From positions 8,689 through 72,688 of the forward strand of contig JBCCXE010000008.1 of the NCBI GenBank assembly GCA_039192395.1: a stretch of DNA of 64,000 bases, written 5' to 3'. The first letter of the stretch is position 1; every line of letters starts with the position of its first letter. Under the pieces are notes generated by a model, which saw only the letters and a list, made by a program, of their open reading frames with translations, was not told where the DNA came from and did not search any database. Of the stretch, positions 53,813 through 63,763 are shown in pieces. The position numbers and the translations under genes are program-made. Origin of the DNA: Pseudomonadota bacterium (GTDB lineage: Bacteria; Pseudomonadota; Alphaproteobacteria; Caulobacterales; Parvularculaceae).

Positions 53813-56611
53813 ATGCTGGACGCGCTTTCCTTCTCATCGCCGTTGATCCTCGCCGCCCTCGCCGCGCTGCCCGCGATCTGGTTCCTGTTGCGCGCGACAC
53901 CGCCAACGCCGGCGAATGTTCGCTTTCCCGCTTTTGAAATCCTCCGCTCCCTGACGACAAAAGAAGAAACACCGGACCGTACGCCCTGGCCGCTTATCCT
54001 GTTGCGCCTGCTGATCGCCGCGCTCGTCATCGTCGCGCTCGCCGGCCCGATCCTGAACGCACCGCCGGACGCCGCGCCGCGAACGCCGATCCTTCTTGTG
54101 GTCGACGATACCTTCGCCGGCGCCGCCAATTGGAATGCGCGACGCACGGCGATGATCGACGCAGCTGAAAACGCCGCCGCCAATGATCGCGAAGTCTTTA
54201 TCGCGACAACGGCGCCCCGCCCCGCGCCCTCGCCATGGGCGACGCTGGTCGGACCATTGACAGGCGCGGAAGCGCGCGAGCGGGCGGCGAGCCTTGCGCC
54301 GACGCCTCTCGGCGCGGACCGCGAAAGCGCCATGGAAAAGATCGCGGCATTTAGTGAAAGCGCAGGCGGCGGAAACGATGCGGAAATCCGCTGGCTCGCA
54401 GACGGCGTCGCCGGCGCCGGCGACGCGGCGTTTGCGAACGCCCTCGCGGGCCTGGGCGATCTCACCGTCAATCTCGATGCAGGCGATGGCGCCGTCGTTC
54501 TGCGCCCGCTTGGCGACCGTGACGGCGACGCGAGTTTCAAGATCGAGCGTTTGGCGGCGAGTGCGCCCCTGGAAAGCGAACTCATCGCCCTTGCGCGCGA
54601 CGGGCGCGAGCTCACCCGCGTCACCCTCGCCATCGCCGCCAGCCAACGCAGCGGCGAAATCAGCCTCGATCTGCCGCTCGCGCTCCGGAACGATCTCGCG
54701 TCGGTGCGCCTCGGCGCCATTTCAAGCGCGGGCGCAGTGCAGCTTGCCGATGCGCGCAGCCGACGCGCGTTGATCGGCTTTATCGCGGAGGCCGATCAGG
54801 CGGGCGAGCGCCTTTTGAGCGGCGGTCATTATCTTAGAAAAGCGCTTTCTCCCTATGCTGAATTTATGGAAGGCGGGCTGGACGATCTTATGAACGCTGA
54901 CATCTCGGTCATGGTGCTCGACGATGTGGGACGCCTGCGCGCGGGCGACGTTGAAAAGCTTAGCGCCTGGATGGAGCGCGGCGGCGTCGTGATCCGCTTT
55001 GCAGGGCCGGACCTTGCCGTCGCAGCACAGGAAGGCGCGCCTTCCCTGTTGCCAACGCCCCTACGCGGCGGCGGGCGCGCCTTTGGCGGCGCGCTCACCT
55101 GGGAAACGCCGCAGCAGCTTGACGCCTTCGCGCCGTCGGGACCGTTTGCGAACCTTCCCGTGCCAGGCGATGTTTATGTGAAGCGGCAGGTTCTCGCGCA
55201 GCCCGGCGGCGATACGACCGAGCGCACCTGGGCGCGCCTCAAAGACGGCACGCCCCTTGTCACCGGCGCGAGCATCGGCGACGGCGCGCTTGTTCTCTTT
55301 CACGTGACGGCAACACCGGAATGGTCCGACCTGCCGATTTCAGGCGTCTTTGTGGATATGCTGCGCAGACTGACTTTTCTCTCCGCGCTCGGGCCCGACA
55401 GCGTCGAAGACGGCGCTGCGACGCGCTATGCGCCGCTGCGTATTCTCGACGGGTTCGGCCAGCTCCAGCGACCGCCGGACGGCGCTGCGTCCGTGACCAT
55501 GGCCGACCTTGCAGACGACGGCGCGAACAGCGCCCTCCCCGGACTTTACGGCCCGCCCGAGGCGCCGCTCGCAGTCAATGCAGTAACGGCGCGCACGCCG
55601 TTCGAGCCGCTGTCAGTTGGCGGCCTCAAAACAGCGCGCTACAGCGCGGCAGCACCGGCGCGCATTGCGCCGGTTCTATTCGCCGCCGCCCTTGCGCTCT
55701 TTCTGATCGATGCGCTCGTAGCGCTTATCATCTCCGGCCGTTTGAGGATCACGCCGCCGCGCGCGGGCGAAAGCGTCGCCGCGCTTTTCGCCGCTTTCGG
55801 GCTCTACGTCCTTCTCATGTCTTCGTTCGGCGCGAGCTCAGCACACGCCGAGCCTCCCGCAACGCCCCTTGACGAAACCGCGGTCGACGCCGCCCTTGAA
55901 ACGCGCCTCGCCTATGTGTTGACCGGCGATCCCGCCATCGACCGCGTTTCCCATCAGGGCCTCGCCGCTCTCAGCCGTGAACTCGTCCGGCGCACCTCTG
56001 TCGAACCGGGAACGCCCGTCGGCGTCGATCCGGAGGCGGACGATCTTTCGGTCTACCCGTTTCTTTACTGGCCCGTCACCGCCGATGCGGAAGCCACAAG
56101 CGAAACGGCGCTTTCCAACATCGAGGAATTCATGCGGTTCGGCGGCATGGTCGTTTTCGACACCCGCGACGACGAACGCGCGAACGCCGGCGCAGAAACG
56201 CCCGAAGGCGCTGCATTGCGCGTCATGCTCTCCCAGCTCGACGTGCCTCCCCTCACACCCGTTGACGAAGCGCATGTCATGGCGCGGTCTTTTTATATAT
56301 TGGGCGACCTTTGGGGCCGCCAGCGCACACGCCCAGTCTGGGTGCAGACCCGTAGCGACAGCGCCAATGACGGCGTCACGCCTATTGTCATCGGCGGGCG
56401 CGACTGGGCCGCCTCATGGGCGACCGACGAGTTCGGACGGCCGGTCAAACCGGTCTCGCGCAGAAACGTCAACCACACCCGCAAATGCACCAGCGACGCG
56501 CGCGAATGCTCCTACCGCGCCGGCGTCAACATCGTCATGGTCGCGCTGACCGGCAACTACAAGTTCGATCAGGTGCACGCGCCGATCCTCATTGAACGGC
56601 TTGGCGAGTGA
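53813..56611 (+). CDS. Membrane protein with N-terminal BatA domain and C-terminal DUF4159
   Basis: LPAIWFLLRATPP..FP, TPWPLILLR, YPFLYWP, GGMVVFDTRD, GVNIVMVALTGNYK; start at MLDALSF. Confidence 0.88.
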   Translation: MLDALSFSSPLILAALAALPAIWFLLRATPPTPANVRFPAFEILRSLTTKEETPDRTPWPLILLRLLIAALVIVALAGPILNAPPDAAPRTPILLVVDDTFAGAANWNARRTAMIDAAENAAANDREVFIATTAPRPAPSPWATLVGPLTGAEARERAASLAPTPLGADRESAMEKIAAFSESAGGGNDAEIRWLADGVAGAGDAAFANALAGLGDLTVNLDAGDGAVVLRPLGDRDGDASFKIERLAASAPLESELIALARDGRELTRVTLAIAASQRSGEISLDLPLALRNDLASVRLGAISSAGAVQLADARSRRALIGFIAEADQAGERLLSGGHYLRKALSPYAEFMEGGLDDLMNADISVMVLDDVGRLRAGDVEKLSAWMERGGVVIRFAGPDLAVAAQEGAPSLLPTPLRGGGRAFGGALTWETPQQLDAFAPSGPFANLPVPGDVYVKRQVLAQPGGDTTERTWARLKDGTPLVTGASIGDGALVLFHVTATPEWSDLPISGVFVDMLRRLTFLSALGPDSVEDGAATRYAPLRILDGFGQLQRPPDGAASVTMADLADDGANSALPGLYGPPEAPLAVNAVTARTPFEPLSVGGLKTARYSAAAPARIAPVLFAAALALFLIDALVALIISGRLRITPPRAGESVAALFAAFGLYVLLMSSFGASSAHAEPPATPLDETAVDAALETRLAYVLTGDPAIDRVSHQGLAALSRELVRRTSVEPGTPVGVDPEADDLSVYPFLYWPVTADAEATSETALSNIEEFMRFGGMVVFDTRDDERANAGAETPEGAALRVMLSQLDVPPLTPVDEAHVMARSFYILGDLWGRQRTRPVWVQTRSDSANDGVTPIVIGGRDWAASWATDEFGRPVKPVSRRNVNHTRKCTSDARECSYRAGVNIVMVALTGNYKFDQVHAPILIERLGE

Positions 56612-58698
56612 TGATTGTTTTCGATCCCTTCGCGCCTGAATGGGCGATGATCGCCGCCGCCTTCGTCGCGGGGCTCATCATCGCACTCAATCTCTGGCTA
56701 CGTTGGCTGCCGGGATTTTTGCGCGCACTCGCCGTCGCGGCGCTGCTGGCGCTCCTCGCCAATCCCCAATGGCGTACGGCCGAAAAGACGCCCCTCGATG
56801 ACATCGCACTCGTCATCGTCGACAAAAGCGCAAGCCAGTCTCTCGATAAGCGCGGACGCGTCACCGAAGCAGCCCTCGCAGACCTGAAGAGCCGCCTTGA
56901 AGACGCTGAGAACACCGAAATACGCGTGGTCGAAGCCGACGGTGTTGAAGAAACGCGCCTTATCGAAGCGTTGCAGCGCGCCCTTGGCGACACGCCCCGC
57001 TCGCGGCTCGGCGCCGTCTTCATCGTTTCGGACGGCCAGACCACCGACGCAGATCGCGCGGGCGCCCTCGCGCTGGAAGCGCCGGTGCATTTTCTCTCAA
57101 CCGCGCGCAAGGACGAAACCGACCGCAAGATTACCCTCACCAATGCGCCGCGCTATGGCCTCGTGCGCGACAAGGCGCGCATATCCTTCCGCATCGACGA
57201 TCTCGGCGCCAATGAAAAGCCGCTGCCGGGTCGCGCAAGCGCTGTCGTGTCGCTGCGCATCGACGGAAAGGAAGTCCTGCGCGAGCCTGTCCCGGTGGGA
57301 ACCGAAGCGAGCTTCGATGCGCCCTTATCACGGCCCGGCCGCACGGTGATCGAGCTTGAGGCCGCGCCCCGCGAGGGCGAACTGACAACACGCAACAACA
57401 TCGCGGTTCTGCCGGTGACCGCCATTCGCGACCGGCTGCGCGTTCTTTTGATTTCAGGCGAGCCGCATCCCGGCGAACGGGTCTGGCGCAACCTCCTGAA
57501 GTCGGACCCCGCCGTCGACCTCGTACACTTCACCATCCTGCGCCCAATCGAGAAGAACGACGGCACGCCGATTTCCGAACTCGCGCTCATTCCCTTCCCG
57601 CAGGATGAACTCTTTATCGACAAACTCAGCGAATTCGATCTTCTGGTCTTCGACCGGTATACGTATCGCGGCGTCCTCTCGGCCTATCACTTTGATAACA
57701 TCGCCCGCTATGTGGACGAAGGCGGCGCGGTCCTCATTGCGGCGGGCCCGGAATATAATGGCGCGCTCAGCCTCGCCTCGCGTCGCAATCTCTCGTTCAT
57801 TTTGCCAGCCCTGCCGGTCTCCGGCGCCGTCGAAGGCGCCTTCCGCCCGGAGATCAGCGAGGATGGCGAGCGTCATCCGGTGACCGCGGACCTACCGGAA
57901 GAAGATTTCTGGGGTCGGTGGCTGCGCGTCATGCCAGTCGCGCAGATGCGCGGCGCGACCTTAATGACCGGGCCCGATGCGGCGCCGCTTCTTATTCTCG
58001 ACCGCGTCGGCCAAGGCCGTGTCGGGCTCTTTTTGTCGGACCACGTCTGGCTCTGGGCGCGCGGCTTCGACGGCGGCGGTCCTCATGCGGAGCTTTTACG
58101 GCGCATCGCCCACTGGCTCATGAAAGAACCGGAACTGGAGGAAGAAGCGCTTCTCCTCGAAGGCGGTGAAGACACGCTCTTCATCCGCCGCCGCACCGCC
58201 CAAAAAGAAGAGCCGACCGTGACCGTGACCGACCCGGCAGGCGAGACCATCACGCCGGAGATGATCGAAAAAGCGCCCGGCGTTTTCGAAGGCGTAATCG
58301 ATAATGCGTCGCGCGGTCTTCACCGGGCGACGTCGGGTGAGCTCTTCGCCATCGGCGCCGTCGGCCTCGCCGCTGCGCCGGAGTTTCAGGACGTCATCGG
58401 CACGCGTGCGCATATACAACCGCTTGTTCAATCGACCGGCGGCGGCGTTTTTGACGTGCGCAGAGGCGACGATGCAGCAACGGCGCCGCAGATCCGCAAA
58501 GTGAGACGCAGTGCAAAAGCCCGCGCCGGCGATGCCGCTCCCGGCCGCTGGGCGGGCGTTGTCGAGCGCCGCGCCGCCCGTATCGACAGCGTGCGCGACC
58601 GGCCCCTCGCGCCGCCCGTCGCATGGCTCGCCCTGATCGGCGCGTGTCTTCTCGGCGCATGGTGGATCGAAGGGCGGCGTAAAAAGCAAACCGCATAA
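56608..58698 (+). CDS. Membrane protein with vWA-like and class I glutamine-amidotransferase-like domains
   Basis: DKSAS and SDG (MIDAS-like), LRVLLISGEPHPGERVWRNLLKSDP, WLWARG, N- and C-terminal TMs. Confidence 0.82.
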   Translation: MMIVFDPFAPEWAMIAAAFVAGLIIALNLWLRWLPGFLRALAVAALLALLANPQWRTAEKTPLDDIALVIVDKSASQSLDKRGRVTEAALADLKSRLEDAENTEIRVVEADGVEETRLIEALQRALGDTPRSRLGAVFIVSDGQTTDADRAGALALEAPVHFLSTARKDETDRKITLTNAPRYGLVRDKARISFRIDDLGANEKPLPGRASAVVSLRIDGKEVLREPVPVGTEASFDAPLSRPGRTVIELEAAPREGELTTRNNIAVLPVTAIRDRLRVLLISGEPHPGERVWRNLLKSDPAVDLVHFTILRPIEKNDGTPISELALIPFPQDELFIDKLSEFDLLVFDRYTYRGVLSAYHFDNIARYVDEGGAVLIAAGPEYNGALSLASRRNLSFILPALPVSGAVEGAFRPEISEDGERHPVTADLPEEDFWGRWLRVMPVAQMRGATLMTGPDAAPLLILDRVGQGRVGLFLSDHVWLWARGFDGGGPHAELLRRIAHWLMKEPELEEEALLLEGGEDTLFIRRRTAQKEEPTVTVTDPAGETITPEMIEKAPGVFEGVIDNASRGLHRATSGELFAIGAVGLAAAPEFQDVIGTRAHIQPLVQSTGGGVFDVRRGDDAATAPQIRKVRRSAKARAGDAAPGRWAGVVERRAARIDSVRDRPLAPPVAWLALIGACLLGAWWIEGRRKKQTA

Positions 58699-59011
58699 CT
58701 GTCCAACCAAAAACTCTACTATGTCCCGCTGCAAATCGGTTTTTCTGCGCTTCCGGCGCTCATGTAGCAACACGTACACTGCGCGCCGGTTCTCGAAAAA
58801 TCGATTTTCGCTGGACCCTAACGCGTGTCGCGCAAAAGTGGTCACGGGTTGGCGGTTCCCGTCCGCCAACATGGTTCCACCTCCAGCAACTGCGCGCAAG
58901 ATCGAACAATTTGTTCGACCGCAAAAACAAAGACCTAAAGCGCGTCGATCGAATACGATTAAATGAGACGTGCTTTAGCGACTTTTCGGTTGGACAGGAA
59001 AGCGCGCTTTA
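58699..59011. repeat. Composite nested palindromic element with terminal inverted repeats
   Basis: CTGTCCAACCAAAAACTC (58699-58716) versus the reverse complement of 58980-58997 (16/18 identical); at least four internal hairpins. Confidence 0.7.
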
Positions 59012-59758
59012 AGGGCCCTTGATCTCACTCGACGGGCGGCGGAAAGAAAACGCCGTCCAGATCGCAACCAGCGTCGCGGCGAGCCCGAACCAGGTCAGCG
59101 CATATTCCATGTGTTTATTGCGAAACTCGATCTTGGTCGTGCCGCCTTGCGGCCAGGCTCTCGTTTCCACAGCGGCCTGATCGATGTAATAGGGCGTCGT
59201 TTCACGCGCATCGGCGGCGGCGAATTTCACCGGATCGCGAATGTACCAGAGACCGTCCGGCGACTGCGTTGTCGGTACGAACCACGCGGCCGGCGGCGCG
59301 AGCTTCTCGCGCACACGGAAGAGCCCCGTGACGGTCTGCTCGGCGCCATCTGTATAAAGAGCATCTAGGCGCTCGGTCATATCGTTCGCCTGTGGCGCAA
59401 AGCCGAGATTGACATAGGTTTCGCCCCCGGCCGTCATCAGCGGCGCGAACACATAAACGCCTGCGTTTTTCTCATAGCTGCCGAAAACGCGCGTAAATGC
59501 TCCTCGCCTGAAAGTCCCGTTGATGAAGACCGGCGTATAGGTCATGTCTTCGCCGGCGGCGGCGCGCGCGACGGCGTCAGCGAACGCGATCGGCGCACTG
59601 GCCGTGCGCGTATCGATCTTCTCGATCAGATCGAGCTTCCAGGCGCGTCGGTCCAGCTGCCACATGCCGAGCGAGATCAGGATCGCAAGTCCCACTGCCG
59701 CGAAGATCGTCAGTACGGGCCGGACTTCGAGGCGACGCCCTGCCAGGATCAACGCCAT
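59009..59758 (-). CDS. SURF1-family cytochrome oxidase assembly protein
   Basis: LGMWQLDR..WK, VNLGF, NKHMEYALTWFGLA. Confidence 0.93.
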   Translation of the reverse strand: MALILAGRRLEVRPVLTIFAAVGLAILISLGMWQLDRRAWKLDLIEKIDTRTASAPIAFADAVARAAAGEDMTYTPVFINGTFRRGAFTRVFGSYEKNAGVYVFAPLMTAGGETYVNLGFAPQANDMTERLDALYTDGAEQTVTGLFRVREKLAPPAAWFVPTTQSPDGLWYIRDPVKFAAADARETTPYYIDQAAVETRAWPQGGTTKIEFRNKHMEYALTWFGLAATLVAIWTAFSFRRPSSEIKGP

Positions 59759-59761
59759 GGC

Positions 59762-60130
59762 CTACTCTTCCAATCGGCCCTCAGCGGCCTTATGAGCGTA
59801 TTGCAAGGCAATGAGTGTCGCTTTCATGGGCCTGAGACAACCGAGCACAGATGCGACGACGACGCCAATCGAGATGGCGAAGGCCGCCCACATGGGTAAA
59901 AGCCACGTATACCGCGCAATAAACGCGATGGCGACGCCGACGAACCCCGCGATAAAAATAACGAACACCGCCGGCCCGTCGCCAGCGTCCGCCTTTGCGA
60001 AGTCGAGCCCGCACGCCTCGCAGTTTTCTTTCAGGCCAAGGAACCCCTCAAACAGGCGCCCCTCGCCGCAGCGCGGGCACTTGCCGCCAATGCCGGCGGC
60101 GTAGGGAGAAATGGACGGATACTGTGTCAC
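59762..60130 (-). CDS. DUF983 protein
   Basis: CPRCGEGRLF..C..CGLDF, DAGDGPA, two TMs. Confidence 0.9.
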   Translation of the reverse strand: MTQYPSISPYAAGIGGKCPRCGEGRLFEGFLGLKENCEACGLDFAKADAGDGPAVFVIFIAGFVGVAIAFIARYTWLLPMWAAFAISIGVVVASVLGCLRPMKATLIALQYAHKAAEGRLEE

Positions 60131-60190
60131 CGCTCGAACTGTCCCTTTTTAACAAATACGCGCCGGCAACGACCTTTAGCGCCTTACACG

Positions 60191-60224
60191 AAAAAAGCGC
60201 GGCGACCGCCGTCGGCCCCCGCGC
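60191..60224 (-). terminator. Probable terminator after coxC
   Basis: GCGCGG..CCGCGC stem with inner CGAC/GTCG; U6 on the minus strand. Confidence 0.55.
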
Positions 60225-60276
60225 CTTTGTTCTTTGAAGCAACTACATGTTTTGGGCGCTGCATGCGTCCGCGGGG

Positions 60277-61215
60277 TCAGGACGACAAAAGCCCCTGATT
60301 GCCGAGTACATAAATCACGGCGAAAAGGAAAAGCCAGACAACGTCGACAAAGTGCCAGTACCAGGCCGCCGCCTCGAAACCGAAGTGCCGGTCGGGCGTA
60401 AAATGATCTGCCAGGGCGCGGAAGAGACAGACAATCAGGAAGATGGTGCCGATGATCACATGCAGACCGTGAAAGCCGGTCGCCATGAAGAACGAGGCGC
60501 CGTAAATGCCGCCGCCGGAAAATTTGAACATATCGAGGCTGAGCGCCTCGTAGTACTCTACATACTGGAAGAACGTGAACACGAGCCCGAGCACGATGGT
60601 CCAGATCAGTCCCTGGATCAGGCCGCGCTTGTCGCCATGCTGCACGGCGTGGTGCGCCCAGGTGACGGTCGTGCCCGACAGAAGAAGGATAAGCGTATTC
60701 AAGAGCGGCAGCTGCCAAGGATTGAGCGGCTCGACGCCTTGCGGAGGCCAGACGCCGCCGGTCGCGAGCAAACGCGCCTCATTGCCCTTGAAGGCCGGAT
60801 CGCCATCGGCGTTAAGCATCTGCGTGCCGTCCGCCAGCAGGATCGCTTCGCCGGCGCCGGGGAAAAGCGCCGCGCCGAAAAACGCCCAGAACCAAGCAGC
60901 AAAAAACATCACCTCGGAAGCAATGAACAGCACCATGCCGTAGCGCAGCCCAAGCCGCACCACCATGCTTGTATTTTCGCCCGTCAGACTTTCCTGAATG
61001 ACATCGCGCCACCAGCCGACAAAGGTAATAAGAACGCCGACAAATCCGATCGCAAAGAGCCAAGGACCGCGCATCCCGAAGAGACCGGGTTCGCCCGCGC
61101 CCGACTTCATCCAGACCACCGCGCCGATCATCATGACCGCAGCGGTCAGAGAGCCGACCAGCGGCCAGGGGCTCGGATTAACGAGATGGTAGTCGTGATT
61201 GACGGCGCCGGCCAT
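60277..61215 (-). CDS. coxC: Cytochrome c oxidase subunit III
   Basis: YHLVNPSPWP, FIASEVMFF, ATGFHGLHV, AAWYWHFVDVVW. Confidence 0.96.
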   Translation of the reverse strand: MAGAVNHDYHLVNPSPWPLVGSLTAAVMMIGAVVWMKSGAGEPGLFGMRGPWLFAIGFVGVLITFVGWWRDVIQESLTGENTSMVVRLGLRYGMVLFIASEVMFFAAWFWAFFGAALFPGAGEAILLADGTQMLNADGDPAFKGNEARLLATGGVWPPQGVEPLNPWQLPLLNTLILLLSGTTVTWAHHAVQHGDKRGLIQGLIWTIVLGLVFTFFQYVEYYEALSLDMFKFSGGGIYGASFFMATGFHGLHVIIGTIFLIVCLFRALADHFTPDRHFGFEAAAWYWHFVDVVWLFLFAVIYVLGNQGLLSS

Positions 61216-61350
61216 GTGGTGTCCTCGACGTAAAAGTTGACGTGTAGCTTATCGGGCTTTGTAGCCCGTTGCGACGCCCGATTCCAAGCCTCGCGGCCAT
61301 GCCCGCCCGCGCCAAAGGGCCGCAGGCGCCAAACTGCAGCAGGGTGAGAG

Positions 61351-61935
61351 TTATTGCGGTGCAGCGCTACTCGACAGGCTCGCGGTTTTGGTCTCGTCTT
61401 CGTCAAAATCCCACGCGAAAAACGTGTAGGCGAGCGTGATCGTTTCCACCTCGGCGAGGTTCTTGTCATCGTCAAGCGCCGGATCGATGAAGTACGTGAC
61501 GGGCATGGAAACTTTTTCACCCGGCTGCAAGACCTGCTCGGTGAAGCAGAAACACTCAATCTTGTTGAAATAGATGCCGGCCTTGGCGGGTGAGACATTG
61601 AAAGTTGCGCGGCCGGTGACCGGACGACTGGAAAGGTTCTCCGCCTCATAAAACGCAAGCCCCGCCTCGCCGATATGGAGGGTTTGCGATACCTGCTCGG
61701 GCTTGAAGCGCCAGTTGAGGCCCTGGCCGACCGTTGCATCGAACCGCACAGTGACGGTTCGTTTCAGGGTGCGCCCAGCAGCAGCCTCCGCGCGCTGTGT
61801 CGTGCCGCCCCAGCCCGTCACCTGGCAAAACGCCTTGTAAGCCGGCACTGCCGCAAACGACATCGCCACCATGCCGACGACCGTCGCGCCGACAATCGCC
61901 GCCGTGCGTTTGTTGCGTTCGCGCATGTCGTTCAT
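61351..61935 (-). CDS. ctaG: Cytochrome c oxidase assembly protein CtaG/Cox11
   Basis: FCQVTGWGGT, YFNKIECFCF; start at MNDMRER. Confidence 0.95.
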   Translation of the reverse strand: MNDMRERNKRTAAIVGATVVGMVAMSFAAVPAYKAFCQVTGWGGTTQRAEAAAGRTLKRTVTVRFDATVGQGLNWRFKPEQVSQTLHIGEAGLAFYEAENLSSRPVTGRATFNVSPAKAGIYFNKIECFCFTEQVLQPGEKVSMPVTYFIDPALDDDKNLAEVETITLAYTFFAWDFDEDETKTASLSSSAAPQ

Positions 61936-61981
61936 CGATCGTCTCCTGGCGTGGGGGCGGCCGTTCGCCCTTCCGAGGCGT

Positions 61982-62161
61982 CTAGAATGTACGTTCCGCG
62001 ACGGCGCCGCCAAGGCGTAAAATCGTCACGGCGAACACCAGCGCCATAAAGAGCGCAAGCCCCAGGGCGATGGCGACATTGCGCTGGCGGCGCTTTTGCT
62101 CCTCTTCCGGCGTCAGTCTGTTGTCCGACTGCGATGAGGTTTCGATCGATGGATCAGCCAT
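61982..62161 (-). CDS. Small single-TM protein of the cox operon (CoxF-like)
   Basis: [20 protein letters not shown] plus TM; conserved position between heme O synthase and ctaG. Confidence 0.72.
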   Translation of the reverse strand: MADPSIETSSQSDNRLTPEEEQKRRQRNVAIALGLALFMALVFAVTILRLGGAVAERTF

Positions 62162-63092
62162 GAAGACCCGCCAGATTTTCCGCCAGCATGACGGCAAAAA
62201 GCGCAAAAAGATAAAACACCGAAAAGCCGAACAGTTTCTTCGCCGGCAAATGGTCGTGCACGGATGACTTCAACACATCCCATGCGCGCCAGATGAAAAC
62301 AGCGCCAAGCGCCAGCGACACGCCAAGATAGATGAACGTTCCCAAACCCACGAAGTAGGGCGTGACGCCCGCCGCCGCAAGCACAAGACTATAGGCGAAA
62401 ATCTGCCGGCGCGTGGAAGCGTCCCCGCGCACCACCGGCATCATGGGAACGCCGGCCCGCTCATAGTCGCCGGCCGTGAACAAGGCGAGCGCCCAGAAAT
62501 GCGGCGGCGTCCACAGGAAAATGATCGCGAACAAAACCCAGGCTTCCAACGGCGCCGTTCCGGAAACAGCGGCCCAACCGACAACCGGCGGCAAGGCGCC
62601 CGCAGCGCCGCCGATGACGATGTTTTGCGGCGTCGAGCGTTTGAGCCACATCGAATAAATGACGACGTAAAAAAAGATCGTGAACGCCAGAAGACCCGCC
62701 GCCAGATAGTTCGACGCAAGCGCGAGGAGCGCAACAGCAAGTCCGGACAGAAACAATCCGAATGCAGCCGCTTCCGGCGCGCGCACCAGCCCCTTCGGGA
62801 TCGGCCGCTCGGCGGTGCGCGTCATGACCGCGTCAATGTCGGCGTCCCACCACATGTTAAGAGCGCCCGACGCGCCGGCGCCCACCGCAATGGAAAAGAG
62901 CGCGACCGCGCCCAGCAAGGGATGCATGCCGCCAGGGGCCGCGACCATGCCCACAAATGCGGTGAAGATCACCAGCGACATCACCCTGGGTTTCAGGAGG
63001 GCGAAATAGTCGCTTGGCCCCGCAAAGGCTGAGGAGGCGCGCTCGTAGGGCGCAGCCTGCGCGTTGCCGTCCGATATGAAAGTGTCCGTCAT
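62154..63092 (-). CDS. cyoE: Protoheme IX farnesyltransferase (heme O synthase)
   Basis: [40 protein letters not shown]. Confidence 0.96.
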   Translation of the reverse strand: MTDTFISDGNAQAAPYERASSAFAGPSDYFALLKPRVMSLVIFTAFVGMVAAPGGMHPLLGAVALFSIAVGAGASGALNMWWDADIDAVMTRTAERPIPKGLVRAPEAAAFGLFLSGLAVALLALASNYLAAGLLAFTIFFYVVIYSMWLKRSTPQNIVIGGAAGALPPVVGWAAVSGTAPLEAWVLFAIIFLWTPPHFWALALFTAGDYERAGVPMMPVVRGDASTRRQIFAYSLVLAAAGVTPYFVGLGTFIYLGVSLALGAVFIWRAWDVLKSSVHDHLPAKKLFGFSVFYLFALFAVMLAENLAGLHG

Positions 63093-63219
63093 GGGCTGAG
63101 CTTATGCCCTAATCTCCAGCCCCTTGGAATAGGCGCGCGCATAAATCGTCTCGCGGCCGCGGGTCTTAGGTCCGCAGGCGGTGTTTGTCGGCTTACTCCA
63201 AATGGGGCGCCGCTCGATA

Positions 63220-63591
63220 TCAGCCGCGCGACAAGACCAGCTTGACGCCAAAGAGGATTAAAATCGCCGCCATGAACGCAAGAAAGTATGCGAGCAGCGT
63301 GCCCGCCTCCATATTGGAAAAGCGCAACCAACTCGCTTCCAGCTGGCCCGCGGCGCGCCCCGCTACGGCGTCGGATGTCGTCGCCGCTCCGCCGAGATAA
63401 CCGCGCACATAGCCGCCGATTGCGAAGATCACGAGCGAAAGCAATGTCATGGAGCCGATCTGCGTTGTCCGGCGCATCATCGCGGCCGCGATCAGGACCG
63501 CGCCCGCCGCAATGGCGATGGCCGTCAGATCACCGCTCAGAAAGGTCGCGCGAAAAACGCTCCCCACATCCCTCAAAATAGCGTCGAGCAT
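63220..63591 (-). CDS. Hypothetical membrane protein (about 3 TM helices)
   Basis: Strong GAGGAGG RBS before MLDAILR; three hydrophobic segments. Confidence 0.72.
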   Translation of the reverse strand: MLDAILRDVGSVFRATFLSGDLTAIAIAAGAVLIAAAMMRRTTQIGSMTLLSLVIFAIGGYVRGYLGGAATTSDAVAGRAAGQLEASWLRFSNMEAGTLLAYFLAFMAAILILFGVKLVLSRG

Positions 63592-63688
63592 GGCGCGTCC
63601 CTCCTCTTGCCGCCCGATTTCTCGGATGCCCTTCAATCAGCAACGGAAAGGCTAACAGGGATTTTTCGGTCGCGCCACGCTGCGCCGC

Positions 63689-63729
63689 AAAAAGAAAACG
63701 CGCCCCGCCAGGTTCTTCGGCGGGGCGCG
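63689..63729 (-). terminator. Intrinsic terminator after coxA
   Basis: 11-bp stem CGCGCCCCGCC/GGCGGGGCGCG, then TTTTCTTTTT on the minus strand. Confidence 0.8.
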
Positions 63730-63763
63730 AGAAAGCGCAAGCCATAAACAAGTCGCTTGAAGG

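Noticed and set aside
52096-54720. 874-aa minus-strand ORF
   Set aside because: Antisense shadow of moxR, DUF58 and DUF4159. It is Arg/Ala/Ser-rich with no motifs, as expected in high-GC DNA.
58904-58916. GAAC-N5-GTTC as an SOS box
   Set aside because: It matches neither the alphaproteobacterial direct repeat nor the N4 Gram-positive box, and it lies between convergent gene ends.
58721-58966. 81-aa ORF in the convergent intergenic region
   Set aside because: No RBS, and it lies entirely within palindromic repeat units.
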